A stretch of 64,000 bases of DNA, from contig JAGSHN010000012.1 in the NCBI GenBank assembly GCA_029855935.1, positions 192,001-256,000 of the forward strand, in the 5' to 3' direction. Source of the DNA: Candidatus Thorarchaeota archaeon (GTDB taxonomy: Archaea > Asgardarchaeota > Thorarchaeia > Thorarchaeales > Thorarchaeaceae). The notes beneath the pieces were generated by a model, which worked only from the letters and a program-made list of their open reading frames with translations, was not told the origin of the DNA and searched no databases. Made by a program: the position numbers and the translations under genes. Below, one piece after another: positions 46,001 to 54,314 of the stretch. The stretch's first letter is position 1. Each line of letters begins with the position of its first letter.

Positions 46001-47821
46001 TTGATTCACAATACGTTCCTTGTACGAGAGTCGACGAAGGAGGTCTTGGCTCACACTAGGTACTGGCCGGTTGAGGTCGATGAGAAGGACCTTGAGGAGT
46101 TCATCCAGACACGCGCCGAGCTGATGAGTGCCGACGAGGAGATAGAGGAGATTCCTCTGATTCTTGGCGACCACAAGTTTCACGGCTGGCCCTGCGGTGA
46201 TGACCTGCTCTTGGTGTTCGTCACCGACACGCGGGAGGACGAGCACGCAATATTCGAGCGAATGGAGAAGGCCGCCAAGTCGCTGAAGAACAGCATCAAG
46301 AAGCTGGGACTAGAGGAGACAATTGAGAAGTATGAGAAGATCATTGAGCCATCGGTCATCACCCGGCTGAAGATTGCACTGGTTGGCGAGGGTGGTGTGG
46401 GCAAGACGACAACTCTCCATCTGCTGTTGGGCGACACTCCTCCTACGCAGTACGTGCCGACAATTGCGCTCAATCTTGAGACTGTGGAGAACATCCGCTT
46501 TGGCAACTACTCACTCGTGCTCTGGGACTTTGCCGGCCAGGAGCGGTTCAGAAACCTCTGGAGGTTCTATTTCCACGGCGCTGACGTGATCTTTCTCGTA
46601 TGTGACTCTACCCTCAGGAACGTGCTGATAAGCAAGGACATACTGAAGCTCATCAAGCGTGACGCACCCAAGGTCCCAGTGTTTGCGCTTGCCAACAAAC
46701 AGGACCTCCCGAACGCGATGAAGCCCGAGGTCATCCAGAAGATACTTGGCATACCGACCTATCCCATGGTCGCAATTGACAAGGAACGTCGGGATGAGAT
46801 GCTACGTATTCTGATGAACGCAGCAGCCCAGTACGTCGGTGTGGCTCTTCCGGACCTGCCAACATCGGAGCTTCTCAAGTTCAGCGAGGAGGCTGCCGAG
46901 CAGGCCGCGGCGACGCCAAGCCTACGGGCAAGTTCAAAGGGAGCAGCAGTGGCGGCCGAAACGGGGGCGATTGACTCCGGAGCAGAAGATGAGGAAGAGG
47001 ACTTTGGCGACATCGAGGTCGACGACCTTGAGACAATCGAGATAGTGGAAGAGGTACTCGTGGACGAGGAGGGCCACGTAATCGACGAGCTCTCCGATGA
47101 ATACGAGGTTGTCGAGGAGGTTGTTGAGGAGGTCGACGAGGGAGTCTCCGTGTCAGAAGGGCAGGAACCCGTTTCTATCGCATCAGCCGAGGAGACAAGC
47201 ATGTCCGAAGAAGAGGGTGGGGTGGCCAGCAGCCGCGAGATTGCAAAGGCCATCATATCCGAGAGGTTGGACGCGGACGAGATCATAGAGGAGGAGCTAG
47301 AGCAGGCTCCGGATGATGCCCTGCAGAGCGCCCTTGAGGCCCTGTCCTCAGACGAGGTCCCTGCTAACCACAGTGAGATGCCACCCCCTGTTGTGAGAGA
47401 GGAGGAGAAAGAGGAGCTGACGAAGATTCTTGGGCTTCTTGATGACAAGGCCCCAAGCTCTGAGGAAGAGGACGAACTCGCGCCCACCTCAGTTAGACCC
47501 GATGAGATTGAGGACTTCACCCGTGTTCTGGAATCACCCCCTGAGGCTGGCAAGGAGGAATCAGCGCCCAGTGAGGAGGAGGCCGAGTCTGTCTCTGCTG
47601 GTGAGGACAATGTTGGGGGACCGGAGTCCGCCTCTGCTCGTGAAGGTGATGTGGAGCTGGAGGAGTCGGCCCCTGCCGGTAATGAAGATGTGGACGAGGC
47701 CGAGTCTACTCCTTCCGGCCACGTAGATGTCGAACAAGAGGAGACTGCCCCTGCTGGTACCAAGGAGGCGACAGAGGACGACACAGACGACTACTACGAC
47801 TATTTCGTTGATGATTGGTAG
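46001..47821 (+). CDS. Longin-like + Arf/Sar-like GTPase fusion with long acidic tail
   Basis: GEGGVGKTT, YVPTI, WDFAGQERFRNLW, NKQD; about 120 aa N-terminal domain; about 300 aa D/E-rich tail. Confidence 0.87.
   Translation: MIHNTFLVRESTKEVLAHTRYWPVEVDEKDLEEFIQTRAELMSADEEIEEIPLILGDHKFHGWPCGDDLLLVFVTDTREDEHAIFERMEKAAKSLKNSIKKLGLEETIEKYEKIIEPSVITRLKIALVGEGGVGKTTTLHLLLGDTPPTQYVPTIALNLETVENIRFGNYSLVLWDFAGQERFRNLWRFYFHGADVIFLVCDSTLRNVLISKDILKLIKRDAPKVPVFALANKQDLPNAMKPEVIQKILGIPTYPMVAIDKERRDEMLRILMNAAAQYVGVALPDLPTSELLKFSEEAAEQAAATPSLRASSKGAAVAAETGAIDSGAEDEEEDFGDIEVDDLETIEIVEEVLVDEEGHVIDELSDEYEVVEEVVEEVDEGVSVSEGQEPVSIASAEETSMSEEEGGVASSREIAKAIISERLDADEIIEEELEQAPDDALQSALEALSSDEVPANHSEMPPPVVREEEKEELTKILGLLDDKAPSSEEEDELAPTSVRPDEIEDFTRVLESPPEAGKEESAPSEEEAESVSAGEDNVGGPESASAREGDVELEESAPAGNEDVDEAESTPSGHVDVEQEETAPAGTKEATEDDTDDYYDYFVDDW
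47585..47758 (+). repeat. Degenerate 39-bp (13 aa) tandem repeat in the acidic tail
   Basis: Units at 47585, 47624, 47663, 47702, 47741: ESVSAGEDNVGGP/ESASAREGDVELE/ESAPAGNEDVDEA/ESTPSGHVDVEQE/ETAPAG. Confidence 0.75.
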
Positions 47822-47910
47822 GAGGTACCTACAGTCACCATCCCTCACCTCTGGGATTCAATACATTTCGCAACACTGATTTGTCACACGGTCACGTAGT
47901 TGTATCGGCG

Positions 47911-48288
47911 TTGTCGGTGAAGATTGCAGATGTGGAGCCAGGCAAGAATGTGGATGATCTCTTGGTACGTGTCATCTCTGTGGCTCCTCCGAGGGTCGTG
48001 AGCACGCGCACGGGTAGAAAGACACAACTGACAGAGGTTCTCGTCGGCGATGAGACTGGCACTGCTGTTCTGGTTCTTTGGGGCTTCGGAGGCGCATCCG
48101 CCCTACACGCGGGCAAGGTGATTCGGATAGTCGATGGATGGGCCAAGGAATGGCAGGGCAAGGTGCAGCTATCTCTTGGTCGTTCTGGCCGCTTTGAGGA
48201 GGTTCCCGACGACGGCTCCCTACCGGAGATAACCGAATTGCTCAATAGGCGCAACGCGGGGGAGAATACTACCGAATCCCGCGGGTGA
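47911..48288 (+). CDS. ssb: Single OB-fold single-stranded DNA-binding protein (SSB/RPA-like)
   Basis: KIADV.PG, LVGDETG, LVLWG, GWAKEWQGKVQLSLG; TTG start 47911. Confidence 0.87.
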   Translation: MSVKIADVEPGKNVDDLLVRVISVAPPRVVSTRTGRKTQLTEVLVGDETGTAVLVLWGFGGASALHAGKVIRIVDGWAKEWQGKVQLSLGRSGRFEEVPDDGSLPEITELLNRRNAGENTTESRG

Positions 48289-48298
48289 ACCTCTCAAG

Positions 48299-48796
48299 AT
48301 GGTACAAGCATATCTATCAGGTCCCATCATCCACGACCATCTTCGCCAAGACGACTTCTATCGAGTAGTTGTCGACACGCTGGAGAACGCTGGGGTGACA
48401 GTCTTTGCCCCCCAGTTTCTTCCGAGAACCACTCCCAGGAAGATCTTCATCCGGGACACAGGCGCCGTGCGTCAGAGTGACGTTCTCATCGCTGAGGTGA
48501 GCCATCCCTCACACGGTGTTGGGATGGAGATCATGCTTGCGGTAGAGATGATGATTCCTGTACTGTTGTTCCGCATGTCCGATGCACCGCCTCTATCGTA
48601 CATGGTTCAGGGAGCCAGCTGTACTGCTCTGTTTAACTATGACGGGCTTGAGGAGGTTCGCCGGATACTGTCGGATCTGTCGTTCGACTCGCTTCTCGTC
48701 CGCGACTGTCCGTATTGTTCGTCTCACGTCGTGGAGGTGTCTGAGAACGGAGCGAGGTGCATCGTCTGCGGGTCTGACATCACGATTGGGGACTGA
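48299..48796 (+). CDS. Nucleoside 2-deoxyribosyltransferase/RCL-like protein with zinc ribbon
   Basis: YLSGPI, SDVLIAEVSHPSHGVGME; CPYC...CIVC. Confidence 0.85.
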   Translation: MVQAYLSGPIIHDHLRQDDFYRVVVDTLENAGVTVFAPQFLPRTTPRKIFIRDTGAVRQSDVLIAEVSHPSHGVGMEIMLAVEMMIPVLLFRMSDAPPLSYMVQGASCTALFNYDGLEEVRRILSDLSFDSLLVRDCPYCSSHVVEVSENGARCIVCGSDITIGD

Positions 48797-48801
48797 TACG
48801 A

Positions 48802-49749
48802 TTGAGCGACTTGAGCGATGGCAATGGGGTGATCACCCCACGGGTGGTACTGCTCCTCATTCTGTCGGTCTCTATGGTATCCAGTGCCAGTATCCTGATC
48901 CGACTCAGTACGTCCCCCCCTCTGGTGATAGTATTCTGGCGCACATTCTTGGGCGCTGTGTTGATGGCATCGGTGGGACTGCTGAGGAGCGATCATCTTG
49001 GGTACGACAGGGCCGTCCTGAGTAGAAACTGGCGATGGCTTGTTGTGGTCGGAGTCATTCTCTGTCTTCACTTCTCAACGTGGTTCACATCTCTCTTTCT
49101 GACAACAGTTGCTGCCAGCGTGGTACTCGTCAATACATCTCCCATTCTCACCGGGGTCCTCTCGACGATGCTGCTCGGAGAGCCCCTTGGTCGCCGTTCT
49201 TGGGCAGGCATTGTAGTTGCGGTTCTTGGCTCTGTACTGTTGGCCTGGGGTGACCTTGTTGCCTCGGGCCTTGGGGCTCTGACTGGTGACATCTTGGCTA
49301 TGCTGAGTGCGCTGTTCCTGGCTGCCTACTTTATTGGGGGCCGCCGTTTCGCCTCCGACCTCCCTATTACCGTATACACTACGATAGTCTATCTCACCGC
49401 CGCCTGTGCGACACTTGTCCTCTGCTTGCTCTCGGGGCTAGACGTCATAGTCACTGCACCGACTGAGATACTCATCTTCGTCTGTCTCGCCGTGTTCCCG
49501 ACCGCTCTCGGGCACTCTGTCAACAACTATCTTCTCACACTTGTGCCAGCCTACGTTGTCTCCTCAGCTGTTCTTGGTGAGCCAGTGGGGGCCAGCCTAT
49601 TGGCAGTAGTGTTCCTCCAAGAGGTGCCCTCTGCCGTGACAGTGTTGGGGTTCGTCATCATTCTGTGCGGGGTCGCTATGGTGCTTGTGGACCTTGCGGC
49701 CCGCGAACGCGTGTCGGTGCTACCCCTTGATGACCCCAATCGGCCGTAG
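48802..49749 (+). CDS. DMT/EamA family transporter
   Basis: About 10 TM; FWR, HFSTW, LGEP motifs. Confidence 0.9.
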   Translation: MSDLSDGNGVITPRVVLLLILSVSMVSSASILIRLSTSPPLVIVFWRTFLGAVLMASVGLLRSDHLGYDRAVLSRNWRWLVVVGVILCLHFSTWFTSLFLTTVAASVVLVNTSPILTGVLSTMLLGEPLGRRSWAGIVVAVLGSVLLAWGDLVASGLGALTGDILAMLSALFLAAYFIGGRRFASDLPITVYTTIVYLTAACATLVLCLLSGLDVIVTAPTEILIFVCLAVFPTALGHSVNNYLLTLVPAYVVSSAVLGEPVGASLLAVVFLQEVPSAVTVLGFVIILCGVAMVLVDLAARERVSVLPLDDPNRP

Positions 49750-51186
49750 GCGAACCACCTTTGTCGCTATTCCTACGGTGTCCGAGACTCTGACGACCTC
49801 GTCGACATCCTTGTAGGCGCCGGGTGCCTCTTCTGCAATCCCAATTGCTTTTGGCGACTTGACAATTATGCCCTCACGAGCAAGCTGTCTCTGGATCTCG
49901 CGGCCGTGGAACTTCGACACAGCCTTTCGTCTGGACATGAAGCGCCCCGCACCATGAGCTGTGGAGCCAAACGAGAGCTCCATACTTCTCTGGTTCCCCA
50001 CGAGAATGTATGATGCTGTTCCCATCGTACCGGGGATTATCACGGGCTGTCCGATGCTCTTGTACTTGGGCGGAGTCTCTGGATGACCTGGGGGGAAGGC
50101 CCTAGTAGCGCCCTTCCTGTGCACAAGCACCTTTCTTCTCTTGCCATCGATGCCGTGCTCCTCTACCTTGCCGATGTTGTGGGCCACGTCATAGATCAGG
50201 TGCATGTCGAGGTCCTCTGGCGATGCGCCAAACACCCTGCCAAAGACCTCGCGTGTCCAGTGCATCATGGCCTGCCTGTTGGCCCACGCAAAGTTGGCTG
50301 CAGCACTCATTGCGCCAAGGTAGGCCTGCCCCTCATCAGAGGTGACCGGGGCGCTGCAGAGCTCTCTGTCCGGGACGTGTACGTTGTACTTGCGCATAGC
50401 TTGCGTCATCAGCTTGATGTAGTCGCTACAGACCTGGTGGCCAAGTCCTCTCGAACCACTGTGTATCATCACAGTGACCTGCCCGACGTGAGTGATGCCC
50501 ATCGCCTTGGCCGTCTTCTCATCGTAGATCTCGTCCACCATCTGGACCTCAAGGAAGTGATTTCCGGACCCAAGAGTGCCGACCTGACCCTTACCTCGCG
50601 CCTTTGCCTGTGACGATACCTTGGAGGCGTCTGCGATAGTGAGGTGACCCCCAGCCTCTGTGTGCTCTAGGTCCTCCTCCCAGCCGTAGCCGCTATCAAC
50701 AGCCCATCTGGCACCACCGTTGAGCACCTCATCAACACCGCTTGCCCCGTGCAGCATTATCTTGCCTGTGCGGCCAACGCCTGTGGGCACATCCTTGAAT
50801 AGCTGGTCTATCAGTTCTCTTATCCGTGGTCTGACATCCGATTCGTCAAGGTTCGTCCTCAGGACTCTCACACCGCAGTTGATGTCGTATCCGACACCAC
50901 CGGGCGATATCACACCAGTCTCGTAATCAGTGGCCGCGACCCCACCAATGGGGAATCCGTAGCCCTGATGACCATCTGGAAGGATTATACTTCTCTTGTA
51001 GATGCCGGGGAGACAGGCGACGTTGATGCCCTGCTCAAAGGTTGCATCCTGTCGCATCTTATTCATCAAGGCCTCCGAGGCATAGATGGTCACAGGAACC
51101 TTCATACATTGTTTTTCTCCCTTCGGAATCTCGTAGACGTTCTCGGCCACCTTTCTGATGTTCATCTCTCTGTCACTCCCAGCCAA
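49720..51186 (-). CDS. rtcB: RNA-splicing ligase RtcB
   Basis: PDGHQGYGFPIG, GYDINCG, GNHF, HSGSRG, HGAGR, AYKD. Confidence 0.97.
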   Translation of the reverse strand: MAGSDREMNIRKVAENVYEIPKGEKQCMKVPVTIYASEALMNKMRQDATFEQGINVACLPGIYKRSIILPDGHQGYGFPIGGVAATDYETGVISPGGVGYDINCGVRVLRTNLDESDVRPRIRELIDQLFKDVPTGVGRTGKIMLHGASGVDEVLNGGARWAVDSGYGWEEDLEHTEAGGHLTIADASKVSSQAKARGKGQVGTLGSGNHFLEVQMVDEIYDEKTAKAMGITHVGQVTVMIHSGSRGLGHQVCSDYIKLMTQAMRKYNVHVPDRELCSAPVTSDEGQAYLGAMSAAANFAWANRQAMMHWTREVFGRVFGASPEDLDMHLIYDVAHNIGKVEEHGIDGKRRKVLVHRKGATRAFPPGHPETPPKYKSIGQPVIIPGTMGTASYILVGNQRSMELSFGSTAHGAGRFMSRRKAVSKFHGREIQRQLAREGIIVKSPKAIGIAEEAPGAYKDVDEVVRVSDTVGIATKVVRLRPIGVIKG

Positions 51187-51295
51187 GATTGCGTCTTCTT
51201 AATCGGCAATTGCTATAAGGCTTGTGACATCTCCCCTTTTCGTCTTCCGTATGAAGACCTGACCGCCCGAGAACTTGTAGGAGGTTGATAGCCAA

Positions 51296-52330
51296 GTGCC
51301 GAACGTCAGACTGACAGCACTTGTGACATCCCACGGCTGAAGCTGCAAGGTCCGGCAGGATGATCTCACACGACTGCTCCAGCAGGCGGGGCTGCTACCA
51401 GAGGGCTCTGTGTGTCACGGTGGTATCGGTGACGATGCCGTGGTCAGGATCGTCAGTGACTCTCTCGCTGTCGTCGAGAATGTGGATGTCTTCACTCCGA
51501 TTCATGACGATCCCTTTGTGCAGGGGCAGATAGTGGCCTGCAACGCCACCAATGACATCTTTGCGATGGGCGTCACCGATGTCCTGTCCCTTCAGGCGTT
51601 CCTCGCCCTTCCTAAGGACCTCCCTGAGGAGATCTCCGTGGGCGTACTTCGTGGCATGAGTGCCTTCGTGAGCGATCTTGGCGCGGAGGTGACAGGTGGT
51701 CAGACCATAACCAATCCGTGCCCTGTGTTTGGTGGCATCTGTCTTGGCATTGCTCAACCTGAGGAGATTGTGTACTCCTCGGGTGCAAGGCCTGGTGACG
51801 TAGTCCTGCTGACCAAGCCCCTCGGCATCCAGCCAGCAATGAGGTCATATCGGGACCTGAAGGATCCAGAGAAGCGTTCTCCCCTTCTCGAGAGATTCTC
51901 TGAGAAGGACCTGCTGAGGATGCAAGACATCGCCGTGCGTGTGATGACGGGCAGCAACCTTCAGGTCGCGAAGGTGATGAGGGCGGTCGGTGTTGACGCG
52001 GCCACTGACATCACAGGCTTTGGCCTACTAGGTCACGCCAACAACGTGGCCGTACTCAGTGGTGTCGACATAGTCATCGACGCAATGCCAGTGATTGCGG
52101 GCACGCTGGAGCTGGCCAGTTTCTATGGTCATCGGCTCGCGAGCGGCCACGGTGCCGAGACCGCAGGTGGAATGCTTGTCTGCGTCCCCGCGGATCGGGC
52201 GGAGCAGTTCACCAAACAGCTTGGTACGGAGGGACTTCCGTGCTGGACCGTGGGCAGGGTCTTGGCCTCCGACTCGCCCCGTGCGTATCTCGCAGAGGGC
52301 GTGCAGTACATCGAAACCGAGTTCCCGTGA
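51296..52330 (+). CDS. selD: Selenide, water dikinase (selenophosphate synthetase); selenoprotein with Sec at codon 15
   Basis: AGGAGG SD at 51279, GTG 51296, reads MPNVRLTALVTSHG-U(TGA 51338)-SCK in frame with the 51410 ORF; GDDA, DVFTP, NATND, GGQT, LTKPLG, TDITGFGLLGH, ETAGGML. Confidence 0.94.
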
Positions 52331-52368
52331 GGGCGTCCGAAACCCGCAGGGCTGTGGCGCCTGAGGAG
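52322..52368 (+). promoter_or_regulatory. Eukaryote-type SECIS element candidate (type II-like)
   Basis: GUGAG/UGAG tandem GA core, GGCGUC:GGCGCC stem, unpaired GAAA, CCC-GCA-GGG mini-hairpin, UUCC:GGAG lower stem; folded by eye. Confidence 0.7.
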
Positions 52369-52509
52369 TTCCGCCGCAAGCGGACGGTTTCCTCCCCCTG
52401 ACTCTGCATCAGTCTCCTCTTGGATGGATAGATTCAACGGCAAATCATTTAACACCCAGAAGTGTACGGGTTTCCAGAAAGGAACGAGCTCAGATTCAGG
52501 TGCAGTCAA

Positions 52510-53211
52510 ATGAAGATTGTAGTCACGGGGCCCCGGGCGTCGGGCAAGAGTCGTCTGATACATAACATAACGAATGGTGCTTGCATTAACATTGAGCGTG
52601 GTGGGGTCACCATTGCTATGGATCACGGTGTGGCCGATGTTGATGGAATGACGGTCTTTCTCTTCGGTACTCCTGGACTCCTTCGTTTCCGGACGATGCG
52701 CAAGATTCTGAGCTCAGGTGCTGACGGTATCATCTTTGTTGTGGACTCCAGCGATGCAGAGGCGGATGCACGTGCCAAGCTCTTCTTCAGGGAGATTGCG
52801 TTCTTTCTCCCTGGTGTTCCGTGCGTTGTTGCGGCAAACAAGCAGGATCTTGAGAACGCCCGATCTGTCGACAAGGTCCGAGAGAGTATGAAATTCCTCG
52901 CGGGGGTCCCGGTCATCCCGTGCTCTGCAGAGACGGGGCTCAACGTCGACAGCATGCTGCGCACCCTCCTGTATCTCACTATGATGCAGTGGAGTTCGGT
53001 CTTCGCCAAGTTCGCCGAGTACAGCGGCCGCAGTGATGGAATGAAGCGTCTGATGCAAGACCTCAAGATGGAGCGTGAGCAGGTCGTCGGCTATCTTCGC
53101 AGGTTCGAGCTCCGCAAGATCCTCGATGTGAGCCTTGGCGACGAGCAGTTCACTGTTCGGGAGCCCGTGAAACCGATACTTGAGAATCCAGCACTCCTCA
53201 TTCGTCGCTAG
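52510..53211 (+). CDS. MglA/CvnD-like small GTPase with C-terminal winged-helix-like extension
   Basis: GPRASGKS, TIAMDHG, LFGTPG, FVVDS, NKQD, CSA. Confidence 0.87.
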   Translation: MKIVVTGPRASGKSRLIHNITNGACINIERGGVTIAMDHGVADVDGMTVFLFGTPGLLRFRTMRKILSSGADGIIFVVDSSDAEADARAKLFFREIAFFLPGVPCVVAANKQDLENARSVDKVRESMKFLAGVPVIPCSAETGLNVDSMLRTLLYLTMMQWSSVFAKFAEYSGRSDGMKRLMQDLKMEREQVVGYLRRFELRKILDVSLGDEQFTVREPVKPILENPALLIRR

Positions 53212-53281
53212 GCGTGCTTGGCCTGTAGTTGTAGAAAGAATCAAAAGATGGCGTCGGGGCAACCTTCTCATAGCACCGGAT

Positions 53282-54148
53282 GTGGCAGCAGTGGAAGAGA
53301 GCGAAGATGTAGTAGACCCAGCTGATCTCCTTGAGATGGCAGCAGAGGCCAAGAACAAGGGTGACAGTCACGCCGCTGCACGCCTGTTCAATACTGCAGG
53401 AAACATCTACATGTCCGTTGGCGAATACGAGGACGCTCTGGAGGCCTTCCAGAGGGCCCTGCAGCTTTTCCGTGAGGTCAACGATGAGGCTAGCGTGGGC
53501 GACGCTCTCTACAATCTCGGTGCCGCGCAGATGAATCTTGAGAAATGGGAGGAGGCTGCCAAGTCCTGCGAAGAGGCGGTCAAGATATTCAAGCGGATAT
53601 CGAATGACGCAGGATCGGCCGATGCGACATACGTCCTCGCCCTTGTGAAGAAGGGGATGGGTCAGTTTGAGGAGGCATTGGGCCTCTTCAAGAAGGTCCA
53701 GCGGGCTTACAAGGCTTTGGGAAACGACCAGGGCGTGGCTACGGTTCTGATGGACATAGGCAGTGCCTACGCAGACAGAGAGGACTGGGTCAATGCTGAG
53801 AAGTTCTTCAAGAAGGCACTGAAGATATACCAAGAGCTCGAGGATGCTGCGGGAATTGGTGATGCATACTCCCTACTCGGTGACATTGCTGAGGTGAACA
53901 ACAATCAGAAGAAGGCGGCTGAGATGTTTGTAGAGGCCGCCGAGAGCTATCTCAAGGCCGAGCTGTTTGACGTGGCCCGTGAGGCTGTGGAGCGTGCAGA
54001 GGGCAAGCTCTGGGACATTCCGAAGTCCACCCGTCGGAGACTGAGGCGTCGCATCGATGACATAATTGATGCTCTTCCCGAGGAGACCTCGACGGAGGAG
54101 GATGACACAGATCTCGACGATGACCTTCTCGACCTTGGTCTTGAGTGA
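53282..54148 (+). CDS. Tetratricopeptide repeat protein
   Basis: About 6 repeats of roughly 40 aa (GNIY..GEYEDALEAFQRAL); acidic C-terminal tail; start approximate. Confidence 0.87.
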   Translation: MAAVEESEDVVDPADLLEMAAEAKNKGDSHAAARLFNTAGNIYMSVGEYEDALEAFQRALQLFREVNDEASVGDALYNLGAAQMNLEKWEEAAKSCEEAVKIFKRISNDAGSADATYVLALVKKGMGQFEEALGLFKKVQRAYKALGNDQGVATVLMDIGSAYADREDWVNAEKFFKKALKIYQELEDAAGIGDAYSLLGDIAEVNNNQKKAAEMFVEAAESYLKAELFDVAREAVERAEGKLWDIPKSTRRRLRRRIDDIIDALPEETSTEEDDTDLDDDLLDLGLE

Positions 54149-54314
54149 CTCGCCAAGAGTCGGTCAGCTGGTCTTCAGTCACGGGCCTATGGTGAGGTGT
54201 ACGGCCGAACCCTGAAACATCGGTGTGTGTGGTCGGAGTGGGTCGGGTGCTCAAGAAAACTCTATTTGAGTTGGCCGACCATTACGTCCTGCTATCGCCA
54301 GGAGTGTACGTCAA

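Noticed and set aside
47585-47758. CRISPR array
   Set aside because: Degenerate in-frame coding repeats without spacers; no cas genes
46759-47784. 341-aa Ser-rich minus-strand ORF
   Set aside because: Reverse complement of the Glu-rich tail codons
51410-52330. SelD as a truncated gene or pseudogene
   Set aside because: The single in-frame TGA falls exactly at the catalytic Sec/Cys position and a SECIS-like hairpin follows the gene
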